Positions 15,770 to 26,414 are shown, counted from the stretch's first letter. The stretch: 32,726 nt of DNA from an uncultured virus (IMG/VR IMGVR_UViG_2049941000_000127) (IMGVR_UViG_2049941000_000127), one strand, 5' to 3'. Notes: generated by a model from the sequence alone, not told the origin. Made by a program: numbers and translations.

Positions 15770-16014
15770 TTTCTTTTCAACTCCTTGATATCAGCTTCGC
15801 AAACGTTTATTCTGTTTTCAAGAACAGGGATCTTAACTGCAAAATCATTGTGTTTGCGAACTTCCGCCGTCAAGTTTTCAAGCTTTGTCTCTGTCACGGC
15901 CTGATGAACTTCAAGTTGATGTTCGACCTTCCTATTGCTTGAGACATTTGTGATAATTATTCCGGCAAGACTCAATGCTCCGGTTATAATCGACACCCAT
16001 ATAGATGAATCCAT
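15766..16014 (-). CDS. holin-like membrane protein with coiled coil
   Basis: N-terminal TM helix then LENLTAEVRKHN coiled coil; first gene of the lysis cassette. Confidence 0.75.
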   Translation of the reverse strand: MDSSIWVSIITGALSLAGIIITNVSSNRKVEHQLEVHQAVTETKLENLTAEVRKHNDFAVKIPVLENRINVCEADIKELKRK

Positions 16015-16029
16015 CCTTTTTCTCCCATC

Positions 16030-16052
16030 AAAAAGGCATCCCGAAGGATGCC
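16030..16052 (-). terminator. rho-independent terminator after the tail genes
   Basis: AAAAA-GGCATCC-CGAA-GGATGCC. Confidence 0.8.
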
Positions 16053-16078
16053 GAATTATTTCGCTTACGTTTCAGTTA

Positions 16079-16420
16079 TCATGTTCCCGTGACAAATAAA
16101 TCTATCGTTGTTGCGCTTCCCCAATAAAAGGTTATTGTATTCCCGCTAAAACTTCTCGCACCGCTTGTACTGTATTGAGTCGGGTTTTGGTACATATAGG
16201 TTGAGTTAGCAATTAGATAATCACTTGTATGGAGCGATTTCACGCAACTACCAAAAAAAGCATTGTCATTTCCTTGAACACCAGTATTTAATTGCCAAGC
16301 CACGCTCTCTATGTCTGTTAATTCGGGAATGGTAATAGTATTCGTTCCGCTTGTTATTGCTACGGATTCTTTATGAATACCGCCACCACCACCACTTCCG
16401 CTACTCGCTCTTATTAACAT
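16079..16420 (-). CDS. small beta-rich protein, candidate tail-tip/receptor-binding module
   Basis: MLIRASSGSGGGGG linker then Ser/Thr/Gly-rich body; end of the tail operon. Confidence 0.7.
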   Translation of the reverse strand: MLIRASSGSGGGGGIHKESVAITSGTNTITIPELTDIESVAWQLNTGVQGNDNAFFGSCVKSLHTSDYLIANSTYMYQNPTQYSTSGARSFSGNTITFYWGSATTIDLFVTGT

Positions 16421-16599
16421 CTTTATCTCCTATCCTACTTGCAATATACCCGACTAGGACACCCATGCAAAATGCAAAGAACAAGCCATAGCCGAATATG
16501 TAACCGATGTTTCCCATATTGTTTGTTTCGCTTTCCGTATAGTAGCCGCCATAGCGATCAGCTAAAGCTGACCGCATGGAAGGTTAGAAAATGATTTTG

Positions 16600-16854
16600 T
16601 TATGCTTCTGCGTTCGGTTCGGGTTCGGGCGCAACACGGCTATCACGGAATATGCTCTCTTTGCTGTTGCCGTATGTGTCCTGAAGCTGAACGAGAACAA
16701 AGTCATAATCCTGTGAATTGATCAGTCTTGAGACTTCTGAGCCATATTTTGCAACGGCTGTCCAATAGTCGGAATACTGCGCAACAAATGCGTTTGCCCA
16801 CTGATCATTTTTTGTGTCATGAAGTTTGTAGCGTACTGTGTAATTCTGTTCCAT
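16600..16854 (-). CDS. hypothetical protein downstream of tail fibre
   Basis: AAGGAG SD; 84-aa ORF. Confidence 0.8.
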   Translation of the reverse strand: MEQNYTVRYKLHDTKNDQWANAFVAQYSDYWTAVAKYGSEVSRLINSQDYDFVLVQLQDTYGNSKESIFRDSRVAPEPEPNAEA

Positions 16855-16866
16855 AGTTTTACTCCT

Positions 16867-18231
16867 TTACTTTTCTATTCTTAGATAAACCGTTGATCCG
16901 GCATCACAAACAACGTCATAGACCACTGTCATATTTGACGTTCCCGCCCCTGTTATTGAATTGATGGTTGCGCTTGGATTTTTATTCGTCGTTGTATCGT
17001 CAACATTGAACCACGGATAATATCCCCATCCCTGAGTGTCATCAAGTCCCGTAAAAGTGACCTGACCGCTCGATTCTGTCTGGGGAGATGTCCATCCGTC
17101 CAATTCTGTCTTGTCTGCTTTGCCTGATATGTCAACATAACCGCCAAAATCATCAAATTGATATACTCCCGGCGATGTTTCAATTACGGTGATGTGACTG
17201 TCAGGCGGAATGACTGACCCAACAGAAAGAATCCAATTCGCAGCGTCCGCGCTTGATATTGTTCCGCCGTCCGTACATAAATAGAACTTATCTACATTTG
17301 CGGCGACGAGAAGCGAGGATGTCAACTGTGAGAATGTTTTTGAACCCGCATATCTTACAAAGTCCTTTATGTTTTCGGCATTTTTCCACTTGCTCGCGGA
17401 TCCGTCATATTCGAGAATCTGACCATCTGAAGGACTTGAAAGCTGAACATCGGTCAGTCCCGATAATGTAGTGGATCCCGTTGTCGGTGTCTGAGCTACC
17501 CATGCAGATCCGTTCCATGTGAGGACCTGACCGTTTGACTTTGTTGTGGGATCGTTGATCTTGCTTGTATTCAGCACTCTTCCCTGATTCGCTGAAAGAG
17601 CATCAGTTCCGGATGTTGAATTCAGATTGTCGACGACCGTGATCGAGGATCCACCGCCGCCCGTCAGCGTCATTACATAGTCCCATGTCGCTGTCGTTGC
17701 GTCTCCGGAAGCCGTACAGGTGTAAACATATCCATCAGTCGAATTCAGATAAAAGTCGTTAATATTTCCCGGGAATCCCGTGATACCTGTTCCGGTTCCC
17801 GTGAGTGCGGTTCCTTTATACCACTTTGAGCCGTCAGCTCCGTTTGTTCCGGGAGCTCCATTCGTGACCGTGAATGTGTCCGGAGTGCTGCCGTCATCAT
17901 AGGTGATTGTGTATGTGTCCACCAATCCGGATGATGATGTCAACGTGATCGACGAGATTCCTCTTCCATCTGCACCCTTCAGAGTTCCCATGCTTGCCCA
18001 TGAATTAGTTCCGATGCATTTCCAGAGCTCCATCGTGTTTGTATTCAGATAAAGCGAATCTGTGAAAAATCCTGTTGATGAGCTTGTCGGTCCTGTCACG
18101 GCTGTTCCGGTCGTCAATATGACTTCAGAGACTTCATTGATGATCTCAATAGCATCATGAATTGATGATCTCACGTCCTGACCATATACCGCCGCCATGA
18201 TCGCAGCCAAATATGCTGATATGTTAGCCAT
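16867..18231 (-). CDS. tail fibre-like protein
   Basis: Gly/Thr/Ser-rich; KGADG and GAPGTNGADG collagen-like pieces; NGQVLTWNG and DGQILEYDG fibre repeats. Confidence 0.85.
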   Translation of the reverse strand: MANISAYLAAIMAAVYGQDVRSSIHDAIEIINEVSEVILTTGTAVTGPTSSSTGFFTDSLYLNTNTMELWKCIGTNSWASMGTLKGADGRGISSITLTSSSGLVDTYTITYDDGSTPDTFTVTNGAPGTNGADGSKWYKGTALTGTGTGITGFPGNINDFYLNSTDGYVYTCTASGDATTATWDYVMTLTGGGGSSITVVDNLNSTSGTDALSANQGRVLNTSKINDPTTKSNGQVLTWNGSAWVAQTPTTGSTTLSGLTDVQLSSPSDGQILEYDGSASKWKNAENIKDFVRYAGSKTFSQLTSSLLVAANVDKFYLCTDGGTISSADAANWILSVGSVIPPDSHITVIETSPGVYQFDDFGGYVDISGKADKTELDGWTSPQTESSGQVTFTGLDDTQGWGYYPWFNVDDTTTNKNPSATINSITGAGTSNMTVVYDVVCDAGSTVYLRIEK

Positions 18232-20230
18232 TTCTTTCCCCTTTCAATTTATCAATTTCCTCATACAGATCCTGAACTGTATTGACCAGATGAGCGATGA
18301 AATCCTGATAGTTGATCTCCCGTTCGCCTTTTCGTCTTATACTTTCGCGCTCAATAGCTGAATGATCTTTGATCTTGTCAAGTGATTCTCGGAGTTCCTG
18401 GGCGATGAATCCGCTTCGGATCCCGCCTTCGATATCCTTTTTGAACTCAAAATATTTCGGCTTTGCGTTCAGGATGATCTCTTTGCTTCGTTTTTTAGGA
18501 ATCGGCTTGATCTTTTTTTTGCGTTTTCTGTCAGATGAATGTGCATCGTGTGCATCTTTTAAGGCCCACCCAAAATATGTTGGTCGTGCCTGATAATATA
18601 TGTCTCCATTGACAGAAATCAACGGACCGAATGTAACTGATTCTCCGCCGCCCGTAATTTTCAGGAAATTATATCCGTCCGAATTGATATCAACTGATCC
18701 GCCGCTAATAACTGTGGATGTTCCGCTGTTTGCTCCGGGAGATGTTATCGTTCCACCTGATATTGTCGCACCGGTTATCGTTCCGCCGTTAATGGTCTGA
18801 CCGTTTATCGTGCCGCCGTTGAGACGATCGCAATTAAGGCTTCCGACTGTGATGAAATTCGCATCGACTTCGCCGTCCATTGTCATCGCGACGGATGCCG
18901 TCCAGGGATCCGATGTATTGTCTCGCTGCATATATGCAAGGCCGCCAAGATTCCATCTCCAAGCTTTTGTGGCCTGTTCAAAGTCGAGATTATTCGCGAT
19001 TCGGATATCCGTGATCTGATCGTCTGCATTTGTCTCAAAAGTCACATATCCGCCGTCAATTCCATTTATCAGCGCAAGCACGTTCTTGAAAGCTGCATCA
19101 AGGATGGATGACTTGCTCGGCAGATTTTTCACAGCATCAGAAGTTCCGAGCGTCTGTGATGTCAGTGTTTTTCCCCGGATGACGTTTCCGGACAGTGTGA
19201 TCGAGTTCTTGTCGATGTTCTGGATGTCGCGTGTGATCGATGTCAGATAAAGCCATTGATCGACCGCAAAAGGTTTTGCGATTATCCTGACTGAATCTCC
19301 GATCGATATTGCATCGACCGATTCAATTCCGGCAAGATCCACCGCTTTTACTTCCATTGTGAGTTGTGGCTGTGAATATCTTGTCAGGTATGAAGCCGCC
19401 AGAGTGTTCAGATCTGACAGATTATCGACTCCATCAAAAATGACCGCTTTTGCATGGCGGCCATATACTGAAATCGATGTATTTTCTGAAATCGTCGTTC
19501 CTGCGAGCCTTTGATTGTAACCGTCATAAACTTCGGAATCGAGCTCGTCTCCATACGGAGTCAGGACATTGACGAGGTTTTCATAATCGCTGTTTTTTAC
19601 ATAATCGAGAAGATTATATCCATATTCAATCGGCTGTGTAGCCTGAATGCCATAATCACTTAACTTGACTATATCAATATATCTTGTGACCGTTCCCCCG
19701 GATGTGACCCTTCTGACCCTTATATAACCGGGATCACTTGAAGCATTACAGATGCATTCCCGGAGTGAGTCAAGAATGCTCATGCCGTATTCAGTCGTCC
19801 AATTACACAGATCAGAGCTCGAAACATTTGTAATATATCCCGCCGTGAACTGTCTGTCAGATGGTCGATTCAGATTATATGCATCAATGGCAGCCTGAAA
19901 ACGCTGCGCGAATGTCTCATTTGTGATCTGTGCAGGTGGCAAGAATTCATCTCCAAGCCATGCCAGATCCTCAAGACAATAAACATTTGCGATTTTTGCG
20001 AAGTCAGTCTTGATCTCACGGATCTCACCGCGCCAGAACTCATCTCCATCCCGAAATATCGTGAAAAGTTCACCTTGGGTGAGCTGTGAATAAAGCGGAT
20101 TTTGCGGGGGAACTTTGGATGAGAATTCCCCGGCCTGTCCTATATCTTCAGTGAGCTTTGTGTCATATATGCAAGCACTATCCGATGACGGATAATACAA
20201 AACTTTGTTTCCGAGGTTTATCTGATACAT
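18224..20230 (-). CDS. tail spike/baseplate hub protein with C-terminal S74 intramolecular chaperone
   Basis: Follows Dit; ISIGDSVRI hub motif; C-terminal SSDRKRKKKI...GFIAQEL...INYQDFIAHLV. Confidence 0.88.
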   Translation of the reverse strand: MYQINLGNKVLYYPSSDSACIYDTKLTEDIGQAGEFSSKVPPQNPLYSQLTQGELFTIFRDGDEFWRGEIREIKTDFAKIANVYCLEDLAWLGDEFLPPAQITNETFAQRFQAAIDAYNLNRPSDRQFTAGYITNVSSSDLCNWTTEYGMSILDSLRECICNASSDPGYIRVRRVTSGGTVTRYIDIVKLSDYGIQATQPIEYGYNLLDYVKNSDYENLVNVLTPYGDELDSEVYDGYNQRLAGTTISENTSISVYGRHAKAVIFDGVDNLSDLNTLAASYLTRYSQPQLTMEVKAVDLAGIESVDAISIGDSVRIIAKPFAVDQWLYLTSITRDIQNIDKNSITLSGNVIRGKTLTSQTLGTSDAVKNLPSKSSILDAAFKNVLALINGIDGGYVTFETNADDQITDIRIANNLDFEQATKAWRWNLGGLAYMQRDNTSDPWTASVAMTMDGEVDANFITVGSLNCDRLNGGTINGQTINGGTITGATISGGTITSPGANSGTSTVISGGSVDINSDGYNFLKITGGGESVTFGPLISVNGDIYYQARPTYFGWALKDAHDAHSSDRKRKKKIKPIPKKRSKEIILNAKPKYFEFKKDIEGGIRSGFIAQELRESLDKIKDHSAIERESIRRKGEREINYQDFIAHLVNTVQDLYEEIDKLKGERNG

Positions 20231-20973
20231 TAAAGCGATCCGCTCCTGTAAACTATCTGAACTTCCGCATTCCCATCAAACACGAGCTCAACATCATCAT
20301 CGCCGCCCACCATGACAGCGGGGATTCTGTTTGATCCGGATGTGAGCGTGTATGTTATCGATTCGACTGTCAATGTCAGGGTTCCGATGACATTTGACGC
20401 TACAATATCCGGTGTGACGAGCATATTCCCGTGCGGGATCGTGACGCTTGTCGGTCCGGCGACCGTTATTGAATCCAGATATGTGATCATATCCGTGTTG
20501 AAATTGAACGGATCCCAGAGCCACGGCTCCGCGGATGATATGACTGAATATTTGTACGGATCCGCCGACGGGATTGAAAGCGTAAATCTTCCAAGATCGC
20601 GGAATCTGTCGAATCCTTCAACAAATACTCTTCCGCGCCAATAATATCCTTTGTCATTATCAAGAATAAGCTGACATGTTCTTCCGTGAATCTCATTCCT
20701 GAAAGCGGATATTATTCCATCCCATGACAGACGGGGATTTTTCCCGCCTAATTCAAAGGATAATGCTCTTTTTGTGAATACTCTTCGACCGCTGACGGCT
20801 TCTGATGCATCTATCAGGCCGTTCCGTCCGGGGACTTTGATATATGTCGTCTCCATCTTGGGATCACCGATATAATTGTTATTTCCGAGTGCGAGATCCC
20901 AATCATCGAGCGTGTGGAATGTTTTCCCCGTATCTTCAACATATATCGAGATTCCGTATGTCAATTCGTTCAT
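20230..20973 (-). CDS. distal tail protein (Dit)
   Basis: Position after TMP; KVPGRNGLID, YYWRGR, ADPYKY. Confidence 0.85.
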   Translation of the reverse strand: MNELTYGISIYVEDTGKTFHTLDDWDLALGNNNYIGDPKMETTYIKVPGRNGLIDASEAVSGRRVFTKRALSFELGGKNPRLSWDGIISAFRNEIHGRTCQLILDNDKGYYWRGRVFVEGFDRFRDLGRFTLSIPSADPYKYSVISSAEPWLWDPFNFNTDMITYLDSITVAGPTSVTIPHGNMLVTPDIVASNVIGTLTLTVESITYTLTSGSNRIPAVMVGGDDDVELVFDGNAEVQIVYRSGSL

Positions 20974-22314
20974 CTGTTTCCGCTCCGTAATGATATTGTT
21001 CCGAGAGCCGTGTTCATATCGGGAGCGATTCCCCCGACAAGTGCGCCTGAGTCAAGGACCATCTGCGTCCCTGCTGCCAAATACGGCAAATATGTCTGCA
21101 AAAGTCCGATCAGATCCCCGTCACCTGTCAATGGCTGAACCATCGCATTTCCGTTTGACACCGAGACAAGCTCCGGACCCGCTTCACCGACTACGGCTGT
21201 TCCGCTTGTCAGAACTCCACCTTCTGCCAAATATGCAATCTGTCCGAGATTCACTGAGCCGCCTGTCACTTTACTGATTCCACTTGAAACCCTGTTCAAG
21301 CCGCTGATGAATCCATTGATCACATCGACAAAAGCTGATTTTATCGAATTCCAAATCGAAGTAAATGTTGATTTCATGGCATTCCATGTTTTCGTCCATG
21401 CATTGCTCATCAAAGTACAAACCGCATCAAATGCCTGCGAAAGTGCGTCGAAGTTCTTTTTCTCGTTCTTCACGATATCTTCCCATGTCATCACGAAGAA
21501 ATCCTTCAAAGCGATTCCGAGATCCTTCAGCATATTGAAAGTGCCTTCGAGTCCCGAATAAGACTCATATAATTCCGCATCATCCGGGAAGATATATGCT
21601 CCGATTGTCTTTCCGAGTTCCATTCCGGCAAGTGCTGCTATTATTGAGCCGCCGATCGCAGCCGCTGCCATTGCACCCGCTTGTGCTCCGCCCGCTGCCA
21701 ATGTTGCCCCGATATCCTGAGTCATAAAAGTCGTGAGACTATTTAATGCCGTACTCAATCCGGGAGCGATATTTTTTGCCATATCTGTGACAGATGAGAA
21801 AAAGGTTGATATTTTAGGAATCAGACCCACAAGGGATCCGAATCCGCTCACAAGTCCGCTGATTATAGTCAAAACGGGTGACAGAGCCGATGAAACCGCA
21901 AGAACCGCTCCGACAATGGCGATTGTTTCCGGTGATACATTTTTTAATACTTCGAGAACCTTTTCAATTCCCGCCTGAATCTGTGGAATATATGGCATAA
22001 TCGCATCTGCGATCTGAACTCCGAGCTGTGCGATAACCGGAAGAACTTCCGCTTTGAGCTTGTCGAGCGTATCATTGAGCTCGTTCGCCTTGTCAAGATC
22101 ATCCTGAGAGATTATGACTCCCATGTTTTCAGCTTCTGCACCCAACCGTTTAAGGGCCGCGCCGCCGTCGTCTATTATCCCGGCAAGCTCGTCTGCTGAT
22201 TTGCCAAACAGATCCATTGCAAGAGTGTCGCGCTCCGTTTCGTTCTCAATATTTCCGAGAGCTTCCACCGTATCATAAAAGATATCCGTGATATCGCGAT
22301 ATTCTCCGTTTGCG
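20970..22314 (-). CDS. tape measure protein, C-terminal part
   Basis: Ala/Gly-rich, Trp-spaced repeats, LAEGG...VVGEAGPEL; about 22222-22314 overlaps the N-terminal contig at about 24677-24771. Confidence 0.9.
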
Positions 22315-22518
22315 NNNNNNNNNNTCTCGTGAGAATAGCCTTGCCGCTAATATTCCAACGGCTGATTGCTGTTGCTTGTGAAAGGTCGGCATTGTTCGAG
22401 AATCCCTGCTCGATTATTTTTCCGTCGTTATCGAAAACAAAATNNNNNNNNNNCTCATCAAGGATGGCTTGTGAGAGTTCATCCGGCTTTATTGTTTTGC
22501 TCATCTGGTTATTCCCTT

Positions 22519-22866
22519 TTACGTTGTTGCGATTACGGGGATATAAGGTGCTGTATGCCATGCTGCAAGGATTGCATCAGCCGTGTTGTCTGTCGTCATC
22601 GCCATAACGCGACCGCTTGAGAGCGGAGCGAATGAGATGTCGAGTTCCTGAGTTGACGGCTCTTTGCTTTCCGTTGTGGTTGACTTGTTGAGTGCGGGAC
22701 GGGAAGCTGTTCCGTTGTAGAGAACGAACTTCGTGCCTGTCTGATCTCCGTCTTCCTCAAAAGTCATCGCAAAATGATTCGGCTCGACGATATCTTCCAC
22801 CAAAACGTCGTTTTGGTCCGTCTTGTAACCGAGAATCTTTGTCCTGAACTCATCAGGAATGACAGC
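22519..22866 (-). CDS. major tail protein, C-terminal part
   Basis: IPDEFRTKILG...FAMTFEEDGD...FVLYNGTASRP (phi13-type MTP). Confidence 0.88.
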   Translation of the reverse strand, partial: AVIPDEFRTKILGYKTDQNDVLVEDIVEPNHFAMTFEEDGDQTGTKFVLYNGTASRPALNKSTTTESKEPSTQELDISFAPLSSGRVMAMTTDNTADAILAAWHTAPYIPVIATT

Positions 22867-23196
22867 NNNNNNNNNNNNNNNNNNNNNNNNNNNNNNNNNN
22901 NNNNNNNNNNNNNNNNNNNNNNNNNNNNNNNNNNNNNNNNNNNNNNNNNNNNNNNNNNNNNNNNNNNNNNNNNNNNNNNNNNNNNNNNNNNNNNNNNNNN
23001 NNNNNNNNNNNNNNNNNNNNNNNNNNNNNNNNNNNNNNNNNNNNNNNNNNNNNNNNNNNNNNNNNNNNNNNNNNNNNNNNNNNNNNNNNNNNNNNNNNNN
23101 NNNNNNNNNNNNNNNNNNNNNNNNNNNNNNNNNNNNNNNNNNNNNNNNNNNNNNNNNNNNNNNNNNNNNNNNNNNNNNNNNNNNNNNNNNNNNNNN

Positions 23197-23469
23197 CTCA
23201 TACTTCTCCCATGAGAGATGGTATTCGGCAAGCATCGCCTCGATCGCTCTTTCGCTCGCTTCGTCTTTCTTGGCTGTATATAGCTCGATGTCGACTCCCT
23301 GAATGACCTGATAAACAGAATCATCAGCATTGAAATTGTCTGTGTTCGTGCATAGATAGCAGATGAACGGAAGCTTCGGAGCTTTTCCGACCGGGAATGC
23401 TCTGTATGCGACCTTTTTATTGAATCCGGGGATCGCATTCAAGGCCGCATTAAGGTCCTGAAGTGTCAT
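23197..23469 (-). CDS. tail completion/terminator protein, N-part (C-part at 24590-24664)
   Basis: VAYRAFP...PKLPFICY...FNADDSVY...IELYTAKKD; C-part directly precedes the MTP start. Confidence 0.8.
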
Positions 23470-23776
23470 TGTCTTCGTCCCCCTTCCTCTCGGTCACATA
23501 GAGTTCAATCCGCCCGTCATCGCGCCGATATGTCCGATAGACGGTATATGATTTTGAATCATATTCAGCGATCTTCTGTCCGCTGTATTCCGTCTGCCAT
23601 ATCAAGAAGCGATATTCCGGCTTGAATCCTTGGAGTCCCGCCTGATAGAACTCATTCTGGGTGACGGAATCAATAATGGCGAAGACTTCTGTCTCCGCCC
23701 TTGTTTCTTCCCAATCCCCGATGTCGTTCTGGGTGTATTCTATTGTGACGAGCTTGATCTTTTCCGCGAGATTCAT
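23450..23776 (-). CDS. head-tail adaptor/head closure protein
   Basis: SVTQNEFYQAGLQGFKPE...YTVYRTY...IELY. Confidence 0.85.
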   Translation of the reverse strand: MNLAEKIKLVTIEYTQNDIGDWEETRAETEVFAIIDSVTQNEFYQAGLQGFKPEYRFLIWQTEYSGQKIAEYDSKSYTVYRTYRRDDGRIELYVTERKGDEDNDTSGP

Positions 23777-23780
23777 CGAA

Positions 23781-23984
23781 TCACCATGTTGTATAGCCTG
23801 TCGCCATGCTCATTTGAGCCTTCTGTTCGTCATATGACTTCTTGAATGCTGCCGCTCTGTCCATTGATCCGTGTATGATTTCAAACTGATAACCGACATA
23901 TGTGATTATTGCCCTTATCACGAGAGCATCATTTGTGTCTGTCGTGACTACAAGCGCATCCACTCCGGCTATTCCCAGATCCAT
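23781..23984 (-). CDS. head-tail connector, C-part (N-part at 26861-26944)
   Basis: DLGIAGV...LVIRAIITY...SYDEQKAQMSMATGY; N-part MLDRVKLALLISGNDFDSELTDLIKAA. Confidence 0.8.
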   Translation of the reverse strand: MDLGIAGVDALVVTTDTNDALVIRAIITYVGYQFEIIHGSMDRAAAFKKSYDEQKAQMSMATGYTTW

Positions 23985-23994
23985 NNNNNNNNNN

Positions 23995-24355
23995 GAACTG
24001 ATAACCGACATATGTGATTATTGCCCGTATCACGAGAGCATCATTCGTGTCTGTCGTGACTACAAGCGCATCCACTCCGGCTATTCCCAGATCCATNNNN
24101 NNNNNNTTTCCGATATGTTTCCTGATATTCAGGATAGACGACAAAATGCCCGACATGTCCCACCCGGGCATGTGGCTCGGCCCATATCTGATAACCGAGA
24201 TCCGCCGCCCTTTNNNNNNNNNNTTCATACTTCTCCCATGAGAGATGATATTCGGCAAGCATCGCCTCGACCGCTCTTTCGCTCGCTTCGTCCTTTTGGG
24301 CTGTGTATAGCTCGATGTCGACTCCCTGAATGACCTGATAAACAGAATCATCAGC
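23995..24355 (-). repeat. three stacked strain-variant fragments (connector, glycosyltransferase, tail terminator)
   Basis: 23995-24096 resembles 23883-23984; 24107-24213 resembles 26965-27070; 24224-24355 resembles 23197-23327. Confidence 0.9.
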
Positions 24356-24365
24356 NNNNNNNNNN

Positions 24366-24578
24366 AACTTCAAGTGTTCCCGCATATCCGTTGTTTGCGA
24401 CGGATGTATAATACTTGATGTTGTCTGCGTAAAAGTCGTTCGTGTCTCCCTGCTGATCAAGTGAGAGATTGACCGTTCCCGGAACATTTATCACGTTCCC
24501 GAATATGGGATCCGCTCCGTTCCATCCGGTTATAGGAAAGACATGGACGTTTTTGATACCGAATTTAACTTTATCCAT
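24366..24578 (-). CDS. major tail protein, N-terminal part
   Basis: KVKFGIKNVH...PGTVNLSLD...FYADNIKYY...NNGYAGTLE. Confidence 0.9.
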
Positions 24579-24674
24579 CTTTGATCTCCTTATGTGGTAG
24601 TCTGTGTTATCACGATCTCAATCGAATATGTGATCATGTAGCAATTCTCTGAATCGATGTAGTCNNNNNNNNNN

Positions 24675-25457
24675 CGCGAGAGTGTCTCGCTCCGTTTCGT
24701 TCTCAATATTTCCGAGAGCTGCCACCGTATCATAAAAGATATCCGTGATATCGCGATATTCTCCGTTTGCGTTCTTGACATTGACACCGAGCTTTTTCCA
24801 TGTCTTCTCCTGTCCGTCAAGATTCTTCTTGAGTTTTCGGATCCCGCTGACGATAGTGTCTGTATCGACATCGATCAGATCCGATGCATATTGCATCTTC
24901 TGAAGTTCTTTTGTAGAAAGTCCCGTCTGCTTTGCGAGAGTGTACAGATCGTCCGCATCTTTTGCCGCCTTGACCGCTATTCCGGCAAGTCCGGAAATTG
25001 CTCCGGTGGCTGCCATTGACAGACCGCGTGTCTTGTCAGCCATGTTCCCGATACTTTGAGAGATTTTCCCGGCTGATGTGGATATCCTTTCAGCTGTGGC
25101 ATTGAATCCGGCTGCCGCCTGTTCTGCCTGTTTGAGTTCGTTCTCGCATGATACTATCTCGCGAGTGAGTGCGTCATATTGTCTCTGACCTTCTTCTGTG
25201 GACAGATCAATAGATTCCTGGGCCTGTTTAAGTGCATCAAGCTTTGTCTTTGTCTCTTCCACGCGATCGCTTAACAACCTTTGCTTCTGGGCAAGAAGCT
25301 CGACATTCGTCGGATCCAATTTGAGAAGACGCTCAACGTCCTTCAGATCCTTGCTCGTGTTTTTGATCTCGGTATTGATCCCCTTCAGAGCCTTTGACAG
25401 TCCTGAAGTGTCTGCCCCTAATTCGATTGTTATTCCGCGAACTCTAGTAGATGCCAT
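24675..25457 (-). CDS. tape measure protein, N-terminal part
   Basis: RVRGITIELGADTSGLSKALK...LLKLDPTNVELLAQKQ. Confidence 0.92.
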
Positions 25458-25458
25458 T

Positions 25459-25671
25459 CTATTCACCCAAATCAAGGCTTCCTTGGAAGAATGCTTTCAT
25501 GCTTCCGGCGGGAGCTTTGATGTCATATTTTTCATGATCGTTGCCTTTTTCAATGATCATGTCGTAAACCATGCCGATCGTCATGTCGTCAAGGTCTTCT
25601 TTGGTCAGATGCAGCTCCGCACACCGGAGCATGAAGATCGCTCCGTTCGGCTGTCTGTCCCTTGGTGCTAT
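25459..25671 (-). CDS. tail assembly chaperone -1 frameshift extension (gpT-like)
   Basis: -1 frame after the A9 run reads IAPRDRQPNGAIFMLRCAELHL...LDDMTIGMVYDMIIE up to the TMP start. Confidence 0.8.
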   Translation of the reverse strand: MAPRDRQPNGAIFMLRCAELHLTKEDLDDMTIGMVYDMIIEKGNDHEKYDIKAPAGSMKAFFQGSLDLGE

Positions 25672-26021
25672 TTTTTTTTACTTTGAGATGTCTGTTTTGT
25701 GTTCAGATTCCATAATTCAAGAATGTGTGGTAATACGGTAAATATTGAAAACATATTGAACGTATCAAGCCATTCTTCTGGAGTTCTCTGTTCGATATCA
25801 GGATCCGCATGTCGTGCCATGACATATGATACGTCCTCAAATGTCTGCAAACTTATGATGTCAAGACTTTCGTCTGTTTTTTTCGCTTTTTCATAGGCTT
25901 TGATCAGATTATTCATGTCAATGATCATGTCTCTTCCGATGATCATTCTGTAAAGCCTTGGAGTTCGGGCCGTTGCTCGGAACTTTACTTCTCTTCCGTC
26001 GATTTCGATTGTCTTATCCAT
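25668..26021 (-). CDS. tail assembly chaperone (gpG-like)
   Basis: KTIEIDGREVKFRATARTPRLYR...EEWLDTFNMFSI; ends AAA AAA AAA TAG. Confidence 0.88.
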   Translation of the reverse strand: MDKTIEIDGREVKFRATARTPRLYRMIIGRDMIIDMNNLIKAYEKAKKTDESLDIISLQTFEDVSYVMARHADPDIEQRTPEEWLDTFNMFSIFTVLPHILELWNLNTKQTSQSKKK

Positions 26022-26030
26022 GTTTTCCCC

Positions 26031-26414
26031 CTAGATGTGTTTCTTTATATTGTTTAATAGCTCCGTATCGCATTTATCCGCTACCGGATCGATATGAACG
26101 AACGCTTGTGATCTTCCACCGTCCCGAAGGGCATGTCCCTTTTCGAGTAAATGCGTGAGCTGATAATCAGTCGCGTTATGGATCTGAGCCGTTTTATCCC
26201 TTTTTGTCTTCTTAACGGTCCATCCTCTGTTATATTTATCCCAGGATCTGTACTTCCCGGATCCTGATGGATGAGCATTCCGGAGCTGCTGAAGAGCATC
26301 GTTCGATGTTTCAACAACCCCTTCCCATGCCGCTTCCTCTGTGACATCTTTGAAGTTTTCCAGTTCATCAAGGATGGCTTGTGAGAGTTCATCCGGCTTG
26401 ATTGTTTTGCTCAT
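26031..26414 (-). CDS. HK97 gp10-like tail-completion protein
   Basis: YNRGW...YQLTHLLEKGHALRDGGR...HIDP. Confidence 0.88.
   Translation of the reverse strand: MSKTIKPDELSQAILDELENFKDVTEEAAWEGVVETSNDALQQLRNAHPSGSGKYRSWDKYNRGWTVKKTKRDKTAQIHNATDYQLTHLLEKGHALRDGGRSQAFVHIDPVADKCDTELLNNIKKHI

Noticed and set aside
22325..22443. Orphan 119-bp contig (FVFDNDGKIIEQGFSNNADL...)
   Set aside because: Too short to assign and no match noticed elsewhere in the window
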